A stretch of 64,000 nt of DNA. It comes from Tubiluchus corallicola (taxonomy: Eukaryota > Animalia > Priapulida). The position numbers were made by a program, and so were the translations under genes. This document shows, one piece after another, positions 25,601-40,187 of the stretch. The DNA lies in the NCBI GenBank assembly GCA_030141605.1, contig JAQGDQ010000017.1:62001-126000 (forward strand), written 5' to 3'. The notes under the pieces are model-generated. The model saw only the letters and a program-made list of their open reading frames with translations, ran no database searches and had not been told where the DNA came from. Within the stretch, counting starts at the first letter, position 1, and the number at the start of each line of letters is the position of its first letter.

Positions 25601-28600
25601 CACCGTCCATAATTCGGGAAAGTTTTCACATACTTATAAAACCTTACAGCCATTACAATAGACTAAGGCAGACAGAAAATTTCTAAATTGCAAAACTTGT
25701 TTCTTCAGGCTTTGTAAAATTTAATTTTATGATTATGGTACTGAACCAATGCTGAATATTTTATCATACATGCTACTAGTTTTCGCCATTAATATTACCG
25801 CGTTTAAATGAAAGATACAATTAAATGTTTTGTTTCTTAATTTTACCCACACAAACAGTTTCATTATTTTCTGCAGCTGTTATTTATAGTCAAGACGGCA
25901 GTATACGATATTTGTGCACTACATAATTTAGGTGTAGCTAATATAATATTCACTTCTTTAGTTCGGGGCAAATTTCATAAATTTACTTATTCCTGGCTCT
26001 ATAAAATTACAGTGCATGGGAGTTTGATAATTTGCGTCCGTGTCCTTCTTCATCACAATCATTTGGAAAAGCTGATTCTGGTGTTTAAACGCCCTTTCAC
26101 CCCCACTTCCTGACCAGCTTTTTCAAAGCGAATTAGATAAGTGTAATTAGACAGAAGTCAATGATCTTGGCGCCTACAGACAACTAGAAACGTTACTGTC
26201 TAAAACTAAAAACAAGGCAATTGTCCTGAATCAGAAATTCCGTTATCCTTCGTGAAACAACAAGAATAGATGATTTGACGTATATTTCTACAAAATTTAA
26301 AATTATGATATTGAACCAGGGGCTGAATTTTCAATGTATTAGTGTTGGCTGCAGTGGCTCTAAGTTACAGTCTTGTTCAAAGGTGTGAACTTCAAAACTT
26401 TCTGTTACGTGCGCCAAGAGCCCTCACCTCTGCAAGTGTTTTTAGCAGTTAAAATGGTTCAGTAGCTTACTGTAGACCATTATGTCACTTCTTTTCTAAA
26501 GTTGGCACTTTTAACACCAGTAAGTTGGTCGTTGGGATGGCAAGAATCTTTTCTTTCCAGTAAAAAGTGGCGCTTGTCACGTCTTTGTATCTTTCGTTTG
26601 TTGGTAAAACCCTTTCGCTGCCGTAAAAGTCACGCACGAACCATATGGACACGTGATTTGTTGAGGAATCTCCCTATAGAATAGATGCACCAGACAACAG
26701 ACGTATTTGCTTGTGTCAACAATAGTTTTGAAAAGTTTCTCAAGTAGCTAGTGAGAAAGAAAAACAAAGTTACTGACACTTCTACCGAGGTCTGCATGTG
26801 GGTAGGCCAGAAATCCATTCCGGTTAATGCTACATTTATTATTCGTTGCTGATTAGCATAAAGCTACCGCGGTTGCATATAGGTTGAATTCCGTGAGAAC
26901 TCTTATGCAAGCACAACAAAAGAGTTAAGAATCTTTTTAGTCGACTGTGTTTCTCTTCGTGACATCTCGCTTTGTAATGCTGGTTACTTAAAATCGCCTT
27001 AAACTCGATAAATGATTTGTAAAAATTGTTTTGTGGATTAATAGAATTTTGATTATAAAGGAACCTTTAAAATTTAAAGCATGATAGATGAGTAGTGTTG
27101 AAACAGTCATTTAAAATGCCACGCAAAGATTAGGCACGTTTTATCGAAATAATAGATAAAAGGATTTCGCGATTTTGTCATTGGCGGATTTGCAAATTTT
27201 CAAGATTGTTAATTAATTTTATTTAGAACACCTTCCAAAATATAAGTAGCTTAATATTCTGTGAAACACGTTTTCCCTTATGCTTGTTTATCTTGTTAAA
27301 TTTTGTTTTACTTTTTAGTTTAGCTAGATCAGTCAATTAAGTTCTAATTACATGATGTAACTATGCATCGTACTGAAAACCATTGCTGAAGATGATTAAA
27401 TTTTGCACTGTTTTCTTTCACACCTTCCTCATTATACATACAGCAGACAAAGTTACCGTCTTACCTGTATAATAGATCCTACGTTATGCTTGCAAAAAAG
27501 CCACTATTTTTAACAGCTTAGCAACTGTTATATCTAAACCAGGAAGTCGATATGTTGCTTAGATTATTTCCTTTTTGGATTAAGCCGGCCACTTCACGCA
27601 ATTCATCATGGGTCTTCTAGAACATTTTTACCATTATTAAGTAGGCTAACCAGCGAGAAAGAGTTGACTTAGAAACTCAATATTCACAGAAAGCAAAGTG
27701 CAGTATTAATGTGGGCATGATAATTATTATTGTCCAGAAAAAACTTTATATAAACATTGCATAGTACCTGACTCCGCCCTAATGATTCCTTCGAAGAACC
27801 AATCAAGATGAATAACTAGCGGAAGTCCGTATGTTTTCGGCTACATGTCAGAGAAGTTTTTGTGTTTTTTGTGTTTTCATTAACAGGTCCTGCTATCGTA
27901 TATTTAATTTTTTCCCACCTGATCTTGAAGCGTCCCTCGTTACGTTTATGGTGTCTTTTTAAATTTGGGCATTAACGTTTAAAAACCAGTCTTGGGCTGT
28001 TGTACGCTGAACTGGTATGCGTACATCCAAGTTTTATTGTTGTCTTCAAAACTGGTTTTATCATCACTGGCAACTTTTCAACACGCCGAATTGGGCGATG
28101 TGATTTGAATGCTTAATAAAACATTCAGTGAACGCAAATTCGAATTTAGATTCGGTAATCATCACGGTGGATTTAAATCTTAGATATTCGACTGACAGTT
28201 TTGATGCATGACTCGCGGCCTCTCTTTAGACGAAATTGCAAATCACTAACTTGTCATGCAGATAATAGCGTAGATCATTTAGAAATCATTGAAATGCTTG
28301 GCCTAATATTGATACTGTTTAAATTTTATTACAGTTCGGCTAATTGTTACCCCACAGAGTCGTATGTTTACCATAGTTGTAGTAAAATTAATTTTACCCA
28401 ATATTTGTGTAGAACTTTAGTACAGAACAAACTTGATTCGGTGCTTATAATAGGTGATTATAAATTAGTTGCTCATATAGACTTGTAGCATGTGATATAG
28501 AAGTGTTCAGGTTATATTTCTCTCATGTTCACAATATGTGAAAATTAATTTGAAAGTGACTTGGAATATTGTACCTGAGCGAAGGATTTGAAAAAACCAC

Positions 28601-31600
28601 AATATTTTCCAGTTATAAAATCAGTAAACATTAGCTGCAGGAACAGTTAGCTCAGATAGGTAGTGAGTGTGGCCTACCACAAGGTGCTGGGTTCGAATCC
28701 TGATTGACTAACGTTTTCGGAACCTCCTTCTAGAAATTTGTCTGTGATCATAAACGCAGTTACTATTTTGTTCAGCATGTCTTTGTCGATTCTCCATACA
28801 AATTATTATCACAAAGGTGAGAATGTCTATTAATTGAAATGTTACCTATGCTTGGTCGTTTACCTGCGTTTACTCTCCAGGTGGTGCAATTATTCTTATG
28901 ATTGCCAAGCCCTCTGTCTGTCTAGTGTATACCACTGTACCAAAAAATAATAGTGTTATTTGTCATTACTAACCGGTTATTGGTGCATCCCTGCCCTAAG
29001 TGCTTTATTAATATTTACAATACCTTGGAGTTTAGAAGGTGCTTACTAGTGATCATTAATTCTGCAGGTGAGATCTTACACGGAGCGTTTAGTGTATGAG
29101 AAATACGTTTTTTAAGAAAAGCCGTGACTTACAGCTCTTAGCACTATGTCTAGCCGCCTGATGCAAGACCTGGATTTGGGGTATTCAAGCAGGAGCAGCT
29201 GACAGACACATCTGTCAAATACTTTTGAAATATTTTGCCCTGAACTATTTGCTATACCAATGGAATAAAAGAGGGGTGCCTTCTTAAATTAGTAGATACT
29301 AAGTCACTTTCGCATGTGCCCACTAATATAATATAGGCTGAGTATAATTATTCTGTTAAAAATTATAACTTGTAAGTGCAAAGTTAAAAGCAGGCAATCG
29401 TTATATTATGCAATCTAGCTATTAGCTAAATTACGTATAAATGCGAACTACAATTCATGTAATGGGTAAAATATAATTAACTAGGTTCTTATACTCACAA
29501 TCATGATGCAGCTTTTTCTATATCATGTTATGCTGTGCTATGCTACACTATACTATACTATACCGTGCCATACCATACCTTACCATACCATAACATACCA
29601 TACCATACCATATCATACTATATTATACTATACGCAGGTTCATATGAGCACTACGTGTAACCGTAATGCCCTTCAGAAATTCTGGGCTTTTCTTTTTTCG
29701 TCATTTAGCTTGAAGTAGCAAACTTCAAATCCCAGAAGATTTAGGAAGAGACGTTCTCTCTACGGGACTTCCCTGCTATAAACTATGTTTAGAAATTCGA
29801 GTGCCAGTGTTTGTCTTCGAATATACAACACAATATGTGGCATTCGTACGAAGTGACTGTCATGTTTCTGCCGCATGTGCTTGCACTTCTCGTAAGCCGT
29901 AATCATCGTAAATCCGGGATAGATCCAGACAGAAAGATGATTATTCGTCCTTGGTGGCGAGCCTCTTGTAGGTCTAATTGCCATTCACGTAAAAGTATTA
30001 GCCATAATGCAGGGGCTTACTCACAGACTGACCATGTGGTGGATGTAACCGCCTATAACATACAATAGCAGTCATTATTTTTAGATGGAGTTCGAAGTTT
30101 GCGTTAAGTATCCATGCAGACATGCTCTGCAGACTAACCAAATATTCTCTGCGTGTTGCGAATTTGCAATAATAACAATCGTACAAATCTCAAGTGCTGA
30201 GTATTTTGTAAACTTCCAAAGAGAATAAGTGAATTGTCAAAATGTTGTTTATCAGCAAAGTCAAGTATCATTGGGTTCATTTAGCGAATTGGTGGGCGAC
30301 CGCTGCGGAAATTGGTTCTTGATGTTACATTTACGGTTCCAAACCGTCAGTTCTCATTGCAGAGGATTAATCTTAATAACTACTTAGATTCTGATCCCTC
30401 CACATCTCAAGCTGCATTAAGAACGCCCTATCGTGCAAAGACGAACTGTATAAAACCTGCAGAAGTTTGTCTGATTCTATCTTCCCTACAAGGTACTAAG
30501 TTTCCAATTACATGAATTAGGTTATTACGCACTCTGTAAGTTCAATTTTGATATTGAATTGTTTTTGCCGCTACTGCCACTTAGCTAGCTGTTTGGATTG
30601 CTGCAATAAAATAGGTTTGTTTTGTTTTGCTTTCGAATGAAATATGCAAATAAATTTTCGAAATGGTACATGCTGATGCTGTCGAATTAACCGTGCAATC
30701 GAAAATAACTAGAACTTGCATCAGTGGTGACTGGCGAAACTTAAAAAGTAAAACGGTTTTAAAATATTAGTCCAGAAACAGTCTAATAAGGAATGCTTCT
30801 TCATTGTTGTTAAGGTTATGAACCAAAACTACGTCGCAAAGTATTCGGGAAGGTGTGCTATTTGCAGTTGATTATGTACTGCAGTGTTTAGACACCGCAA
30901 ATCAGAGCTCTTTAAAAATTGTACGAATTGTTACTTAAATTTTGTAACTGAAAATCAAGCAATTTCCCGAGTATTCTTTGCAGCAAAGAGGAAATTTTAT
31001 TTTACAATATTTTGGGTGGTTGAAGTCCTAAATTAAAAACTTGCTCTGCTACAATTATGCTGTATAGGTGAGTTAGTGAAAGGTATGTTATATTCTGAAG
31101 GTTCACAATCATACATTTATAAATGCGCGATATAAATAATTAGCTAAATGGCTGAAGTGCAGTGAAATTTGTGAAACTTGACATAAAGCACGTGAAAGTT
31201 CAAAGCACGTCTGAATTCCTGCAATTTTGGATGAACTCAGAAATTCCTGTTGTTCATTCGACCAAGGCGGATGTTTTTATTTCTGACATTTTATTTGCTT
31301 AAGAATTTATTTTGCATTATGTATGAGTGATAAAAGAATCTCGGTTCTGCTACAGTAGTACAGGTACATAGTCGTGATGTGGGTAGAGGGCGCTTACTTT
31401 AATTGCTTGCTTCTTTTGTGCATAATGTCGTAGTTTGGCTTACCTGGGAGAAAATTTTAAAATATAAAATGGATACGGATAAGTATGTTTATCGGTATTG
31501 AGCTGGTATTGAATATTCTATAAAAGAGTAATCGACGTAAATCTAAAAGAAAACCGGACCCAATCTTAAAATGTAGCTCAGAAAGATCTACTCTATAAAT

Positions 31601-34600
31601 TATGCAAAGGGAACAAACTGTATTTTCAAGAATGACGCGTGAAAGAATTACTTCCACTGAAACGTAATTTCGTGTTCGCGCGTCTAATTCTTTACAGCGA
31701 AACTCCGCCTGCTTCTATGAAACGCGTTGCACGAAAAACAGGTGTTGCACCACTCATTTCAGAGGTGTTGTGCTGTGATGTGGTACATATGTTCGAGAAC
31801 TCATGCGTGAGCACACCAAATTGAACTTGAAATTTTAATTTTAAAACTTAAAAGTTTTTGCATATCACAGTGTTACTGTACTTCAATTTCTGCTGGCAAT
31901 TTCATAAATGGTGCGCGGTAAGTTTAGTGCTAGTAAGTTTGGTACAGGTAATTTTGATACGATGAAATTTTGGTACTGGGAAAATTTGGTACTAAGAATT
32001 TTTCGTATGCAGTAATTTGGTACAGGGAAAATTTTGTATAGAGAAAATATGGCACTAAAGAATTTTTGTCATTTGGTACAGGGAAAATTTTGTATAGAGA
32101 AAATATGGTACTAAAGAATTTTTGTCAGGCGTTTTTGGTCCAAGTAAATATGGTACAAGGCAAAAATGCTATGGAACAAGTTTGGCACTAGCAAAGTTTA
32201 GTACTCGGAAAGTTTGGTATTAGGAAAATTCGGTCTAGAGAAAGTTTGTACAAGGAAACTTTGGTACTATGAAAATATATTTTATATATAACCTACTCGT
32301 TATAGAAGCTACTCGTCTAAGTTATAGAAGCTCATATTGTTGCAGTTGTTTTTATTTTTTTCTTCCTCTTTGTTTGTTTGTCTGTTGTTTGTTATTTGTC
32401 TTTGTTGTTGTTGTTTGTCTGTTTTTTGCACACTCTGTTGTTGTGATTATTACTACTACTGCTGCCGCTGCTGCTCTTATCCTCATAACCGTCATCATCA
32501 TTATAATCATCATGGTCGTCATTGTTGTTGTCATCATCATAAAGAAGTACAGTTCTCTCTTCATACTGTGGGCCTCGTATAATTTTTCCCGAAGAAAAAC
32601 AAAATTGACCGAGCTTTTTGGAAAATTGCATGGTGAGTTGGAGGCCTTTCGTTTTTTGGCTGTAAGAATTCTCAAATGTACATGCATGGGTGGGATTTTG
32701 ATCACGGATAGAATTTTAACTGCCACACTCTATTAATTACAGTATAATGTTTTATGAACTTAATAATAAACTAGACTTTTCTAGTACAATATTTCCTCCG
32801 TACTGAATAAACTTCTTTATTTTTCTAGTTGAAACATTTATTTTATACTGAGATATAGAAATGCTCTCTTTTTCGTTTAGTATCAAATTTTCCAGTACCA
32901 AACTTTCTTAGTATTAAATTTTCTCACCACATTTTCTTAGTACAAAAAAATCCTTGTACCTAAAGATGATAGTACTAAATACGCCTGTACCGAAATTTCC
33001 TCGTACCACAATTACCTTACCAAACTTACCTGTAGCAAACTATCTTGTACCAAACTTTCCTACGTTCCTTGTAAACACATGTAACACGCTCATGTTGCAC
33101 GCAACACGTGGTGTTGAAAATGATTTTCATTTGTGATATCATTACTAGTTAAGCTCGCATGCCGTTAATTAACTTTTTAACCCATTATTTAATTATTAGA
33201 AACGTTTATTAGTTAGATAATTATTAGAAACAAGTTTACCCTGTAGACTTGTCGAATTTCACGTTAGCAGATGCTGAACACAGTTCAGCATCTAATAACT
33301 AATAACAAAACTCATTAGTTGAATAATAAGTTTGACTAATCAAAATTTCCCCTATTAACTTAGTCGTCATTTTTCTGGGTTTGTGCCAAGCTGGTGCTAT
33401 AAAGCAAAAAATTAAAAACGTGTTTATCTACGGGATTCTAAATCGAATAACACAACAATACAATCTATTATAAACTTGATTTTAACAAGAAGACATTTAA
33501 ACTTCTAACCTTGATATTTTCTTGGATCCATGCAATGAGTGTCTGTATATGAAAAAAGATGTTATCAAAACACGCGATGCAACCTTGTCTGGATCATTAC
33601 AAAGAACCATTTTTCTTCAACTTAGGAAATTATGTTTGCGTCTTGTCTTATATTACAAGGTTTTTTGGCTCATTTTTAATGCTCTGCGTCAAATTTCAAA
33701 TGCGTAATCCAGTGGAAAACGTATTTTAGTTCTGACTTTAAGTTTACTTGATAATTGATGTCAGCAAATACCTCGATACATATACATACCCAACTGCATA
33801 TCATTTTATGGTGTGACAATTAAAAATGAGAGTTTCAGTTGTTGAAATTAAAGATCTTTTTCCTTTCTGTCTCTACCTATCACTATTTCTTTTAAAATAT
33901 TTTATTGGATGACTGTTGAAGTGCTATTTCTGTGTTTGGTGAGTGTATCATTTAGCAGCTGTTAAATACAGTTGCTATATGCAGTTAGTATATGCAACGT
34001 TATTCACAAATAACAGCAGCCACTTACCGCAAAACCAGTAATTCCTGTGGTAATTAATATTATAGTGATGACAAAAAATACTTTCATAAGTCTAGACTAC
34101 AGATAGTACCTAACATATTTAATGTTTATTTCCATAGTTGTTGTTTTTATCGTTTCTTGAATTTTACTTATATAAACACGTGTGCTTGGCGGAACTAAGG
34201 GCGCACCATGTTCTCTCTCTAGCGTAACTCAAGTATGAGTTGAACCCGACCCCCGGGTGCACAGTAAGCACCGTACGGTTGACTAAGCGACGCCATAGAA
34301 AATTATCAGTAAGTGCTTGAACATTCTGAAGCTAATTTTCATCAAAATCTTGTCACTTCTTTTTATGGTCCTGTTCATGTAGTTAATTAGGGTTTATAAA
34401 TCGCGTCTCCGTCTGCTAGTTTAGCATGAGAAATAGCAGCTGGACATTAGCTAGCCGTTGGCCAGTGAAGAATCCGGGCACAGCTGGCTTTGGCGTGTCA
34501 GCAGATTGTCACAAACAGCGTGGCTTTTGTCTGCATATTGATTAATGGATTTGTGGATTTCCTTATTATTCTCTGCTTTGCCCTCTCACTGTTTTGCCTC

Positions 34601-35315
34601 TCATTTTCACTTGCATGTGTTGCTCGTGTTTCCGGTGACCACCGTGCTGTTATTTGTTTGTGGTATGGTAACCCTAGAGCAAATTTAGCAAACAGTACAG
34701 TCAGTGTAGGAATTAACTAGGACTCTAATATTGTCTAGACTAACTAATCCGTTTAACCAAATAATGTGTGTTCAGTGCTTAAGCATGTGGTCTGTCGGGT
34801 CCACCCAGTGCAGTTTCTAATTGTAGTAAGTAACTTCAGTGGGTGGTAGAAATTTACTTTCATTTTGTCACTTTTAATTTTGAGTTTAATTTTACGCAAA
34901 ATTGGTTGTTTTTGCACGTGCTTTCTTGTCTATACGTCTTCGTGGGTCGCAATCAGTCTAACGTCCACTGGAACATTGAGGTCTCCGACTTGAATATTGG
35001 TAATATTGGTACAGGACAAAATAGAACATAATGTTATTTTGATGCAAATAATATCTATAATAAATCTAATATAATTCGAGTGATTCGCTTTGATGGCAAA
35101 AACATACTACAAAGATGAATAAGCAAATATACAAAATATACCTGTATAAGTATTCTAATTATGGACTACCAAATGCTCAAAAATATTTTGTTCAAAATGT
35201 ATTTTTCTTGTCCCCTATCCTTCTTCTTCATAAAGTTTCATAAAACCGTCCTTTTCCCGTGCCATTTTTCCGGTGCTATTTTATTTTTACCCATGTATAT
35301 ATGAAGACAATAAAA

Positions 35316-35372
<57 letters not shown>

Positions 35373-38300
35373 CCATAAAAATGTTTTTCTTTTGACTATA
35401 GGCGATAAAAATCCTTCAGTTATTTGTTTTACAATTGCGTGACATTATGTTTTGAGCAAACTGTTTTCCAAGGTTACTGGAAAGATAATTTTTTCTTACT
35501 ACATGCTAGTCTGTCTGCAACAAATACTTCTGTCACAGTACTTTATTTATTTATAACAGCGTGTGGTTAATTGGTCAAGACTGCTCCCTAAACTTTGTTG
35601 GTGGCTTCAGATCTTAGCAGTATGGCGTTAGTCTCACCCCATCATGGCCCAGTGATGGAAGGAAGCTTGAACAAAAATAACTCAACCGAGAAATAAATTT
35701 ACTGCTGCTAATGAATTTAGTATTAATAATGTTAATAGTGATGTAAATGCTACAGTTGCTGCTGTTATTGATGATAGTGATGAAGTTCTTTATTAAAGGA
35801 TGTACAAATTTGAATGACGTGGAACTAATTAATAGGATTAGCATCGAATGAACGAGCTTTTATATCGAATTCAATTCGAACCCAAAATTATAGATTCGAA
35901 TAATTCAGCGCTTCAACTGCATGTGTTATTTATCACTAAAACATTTGAAACAGTATGTAATCGACACAGTTAGTTGTAATTTCTGTGCACGTTTTTTTAG
36001 ACAAATTATTAGTGTTTTGCTGCAGAATAAAACTTGTGTGTGATCTTTGTGAGGCCACTTTATATTAACGATTCGAAATTTTGTACGAAAATCTATACAA
36101 GTGAATTCGGATTCGAAACCTCGAAAATTTTTTGGTTTGATTCGATTTGCAAAGTCACAAATTCGATTCGACTGAAATTCGCTTTCGAAATCGATTCGAT
36201 AGAAAATGCTCATCCCTATTTAGTAATATATTAAAGTTTTTCTCTCTACACTCATTGTCACTCATAATGACTTAGCAATGAAACTCCAGTACAGATAATA
36301 CATAGGCCTATATAGCTGTGCCTTAATAAGTTATACATATGCGATAGATTGTCATAAATGCTCCAGGTCAACAATATTACGAGTTTGTTCAGTATAATAA
36401 TTTTTGTTTGTGAATTTGTTAAGTTGTTTTTAGATATTTGAAAATGAATACTTTACTGCGTCTTTTACAAGAACATGCAAGGGTTTGTTCTGGGTCCTAA
36501 GTTATGCGGGTCCTATGAAATGCGACCTTTTAGTTGAACAAGTCATGGAGAAAAAATACTGTTTTACTGACCTATTTATTTAGAAGTAGAAAGTGCCTAT
36601 TAAGGATTATATAGCCAAATCTTGTTGTTTTGAACAGATAGGAGTTGTGAAACATGAGAAGTGCCAGAAAGACTGGTGTGCTATTTGTTATTCACGACTG
36701 TTTTAAGTGTTACTTTGTGAAGTTCTTCTGAACGCGCAGGAGGTTTGCGGCTTGTTTGAACCACCAGGTCTGTTTTTCAACAACTTATGAAAGTGTTAGA
36801 GCCGATGTAAGTGTTTCAGTCAAGTATGTGTATGTGGATGATTGCCTGCAGACTTCTGTATAGTTTCATGCTTCGACAACATAAAATTTTCTGAGAAGCA
36901 ATAAAGTTAGTTTTTTGTCGAAGAAATAACCGTCTCGTCTCTCGTTGTAAATAAAAGTAACCGGAAACCCATATGAACTGTAGCCATTTTGCTAAACAGT
37001 GTTTTGAAAATGTTTCGTTTTTTTAATTTTTAGTCACTATTTTTTTTTAAGCTACAGCAAAATTTTTATCATAATGCTAATCGAAACAAACTAACAAAAT
37101 GTACCCATGATGTTCTGTTCGCTAACGCAAAAAACAACTTTTTAAACACATTCTTTCCATTTTTCCAAATATCCATCCCAAATCAGGATGCTTCCCTTGG
37201 TGTGGGGAAGTAATCATGAAAATTATATGTGGTGTTAACCGCCTATTTATTGCGCCATTAAGCTAGCTGTTGTCTCTGTAATAGCTATCATTTGAACCAT
37301 CTGTGGTATCTTAGGCCTCGGTCAAGTTGCAATGAATGCCCACAACCGTTGATACGTAAATCTTTTCAATAGACTTCAACGAGCCATTATGGCATGGATT
37401 TCAAGAGCTCATATAAAGGACGGTCAGTTTATTGTATAGTCTGTGCCTCGTTTTAACCGTTTGTATGCTTGGTCAGTCAGATTTCTATACCTCAAGTATT
37501 ACTGCGGGCCCTCAGCCGAATAAATATTGTTCACTTTGTTTGGTAAATACAGGGTTGTGAACTTCTCTGGGGCTGTTCTGTCACCTGTGAGGAAGTGGCC
37601 GGCCGTGCCTTTTGTCTAAAATGTCCCTTTTCCGTCATACTGTATGCTAAATTACAAAGCTGAGACGAAGTTTCTAGTTAACTTCTATCTCAGCCTTTGA
37701 AAGCTGAATTCGCGTTGTGTTTAGATGATGCCGTTAGTAACTTATGTCAGGTTTTGTTAAGTGAAATCCGAATATTTTATTTTTAATTGAGCTGATGTTG
37801 CTTCATAACATCCTAGCGAGCCAAATGTGCAACTTATTCTTAGTTTTGTTGAGTGCTAATTTTATGTTACTGCAGCATCAAAATACAACCTGCAACACCT
37901 TTGTACGTTGACTAAAAAATGACCAGAAATTTTGCAAGCGCTTTTGTTTACACATTTATTTATTCAGCCCTACATTCATGAGAAGGGTTTATTTCATCCA
38001 CTACCAATCACTGAAGAAGGCAAAGCGGTCGATTAACGAAGTAATACATGTAGAAGACGAAGAAGTAGAACTACAATCTGTTTCTCTTTCCAGCGCCTGT
38101 GCAAAATTCCTATTCCAATTGGGCTTAGAAATTTAAACCAACTTAATTATTTTATGTAATAGTAAATGCACTGTAAAACGTACAAAGCAATATTATAATT
38201 CTAAGAACGTAAAAACTGTTTTATACTTCTCTGCTGAATGATTTTTGCAGACTCTTTGAAATTCTATCTCAGTCTATAAACCAAATCTTTTGTCATTTAA

Positions 38301-40120
38301 ATGAAAAACTTGCAGTTTGAAAGTCTCATAAAACTGAGGTGTGTCCCACTGTGCTGGATATGATGCTGGTTGTATTGAACGACGTTAGCACCTGTCCATA
38401 TCTCTTTTGCTACAGGTCATCAGTCGTTGTGCATGCAGGTGATCTAGAGCTGCTACATTGTTGCTCAAACTTTCATGCATATGACACAGAAAGTGTTAAA
38501 AGAAAATCGAAGCTGCCTACTGCGAAAGGAGGAAATGAAACTACGGGAAGCTTGGATACCATAATGTCTGCGGTGCATATGCATGCGACAAGACAATATT
38601 GGTTGTATACACAGCGAGTAAATTTTTTGAATTCAAGAAATTACACTTCCATGTTTTCAGGACAATACACGACGTTTAAAGGAAGCTCAAAAGTTTACCA
38701 GTTGTCTCATTTATAGATTTTACTAACAATAAGAAGTTAGATGCTTGTGAAAGTTTTTTCCCTTGGTCGAAGTTGTGCTATAGATACAGTTATTTCAGCT
38801 TTCTATTTGGGGGTTGTTTGTAAGATACCTGTTTGAGCACAGTGGCTTTGAATGTGTGCAAAGTATAGAACATAATTACCAATTAATTACTAATTAGTTA
38901 CTTAATTAATTACTGTTTTCACTATCGGACGAAAGCCTTATCCTCGTACAATTTTTGGCGAAACATCTCATAATCAGTCTATTTCAAGTATAACATTTTC
39001 ACTCAAACTAGACCTTATAGTTTCTCTGAGAAGGACGCAGCAAGTATTTGATCGAAAATCCTCCATTTTTCACTAGATTAAGCAGGAAAATTCCAACGGC
39101 CATGTTTACAGACGTATTCACAATTTGAACAAAACCGGTGCCTTTCTGGGCATGGTAGATGATAGATACCGTATTTGTACAGACTATGCAGAGTAAAATC
39201 ATAAATGCAAGTAAAACAATTGAAGCTATTACCTACAGCTCAGGGGCTGTATCATATTTTGTATTCTGCATGGCTTTGTACCTATCCGTGAGATTACCTG
39301 TGATCAGAATCAGTAATACTCTCACCTGCATGATGGAGGATCGCGGCCATACACGCTCGCTATATATGCTCGGTATCACAAATGTGATCAATAATAACAA
39401 TATTGTTTCTTATCAGGGTAAACATTTTACTGTATAAGGACGCTCGCCACAGCATTGAATGAGTGACACAGTGAATGAGTGATAGTAGAAAAACCGCGTC
39501 TACCGGTCTGGAAAGGCGCTGGGTTCGATACCTCGACGTTTTTATTAATGGGTGGCACAGATTGTAGGAGAATCCTAACCTACCGTCTTATTCGAAAAGG
39601 TTTTGAGGACAAATTAAATTATACCCATCAAATATTCTTATAATTATACTGATTCGTTAATTCGGCCTTATTTTCACTCGTAACTCTCGGATTGCTATTA
39701 GTACAATTTTTGGGGCACTCCCGATGATTCACAATGCCGCCTAATTTCGTTTAATTCGCTAGGTGAGATTGGAGTTCGCTTTGTGATCGCATGGTAATAA
39801 TACCAAAGATTAATCACCCTCTCTATGTACACAACAATTTTCTACATTTTCTGATAATTGCGGCAGCTGCCATGCGTTGCTTTCACTAGACCATGCGCGT
39901 TCTGTATATTCATAATATTATCTTACAGGTATGATATGTGGGATGTCATTACACAAATTTGGCGTTTTACTAGTTTGCGGAGAGCAAAGAACGCAAGATC
40001 TTTGATTGAACAACTGACACTGTGTATCACGTAATGCCCTTAATGCGAAAATAAAAACAGAAAAATTGGTGAATGGCGTAAAACCAATCTGTCGTTTAAT
40101 ATAATAATAATAACAATAAC

Positions 40121-40187
<67 letters not shown>

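Noticed and set aside
28641-28710. Functional tRNA gene
   Set aside because: A and B boxes are present but a cloverleaf cannot be formed.
31920-32270. Short regularly spaced repeats resembling a CRISPR array
   Set aside because: Eukaryotic context, degenerate repeats without unique spacers, mirrored on the other arm, no cas genes.
32269-32736. Hydrophobic 155-aa ORF and overlapping ORFs
   Set aside because: Produced by (GTT)/(CAT) low-complexity sequence in the centre of the foldback element.
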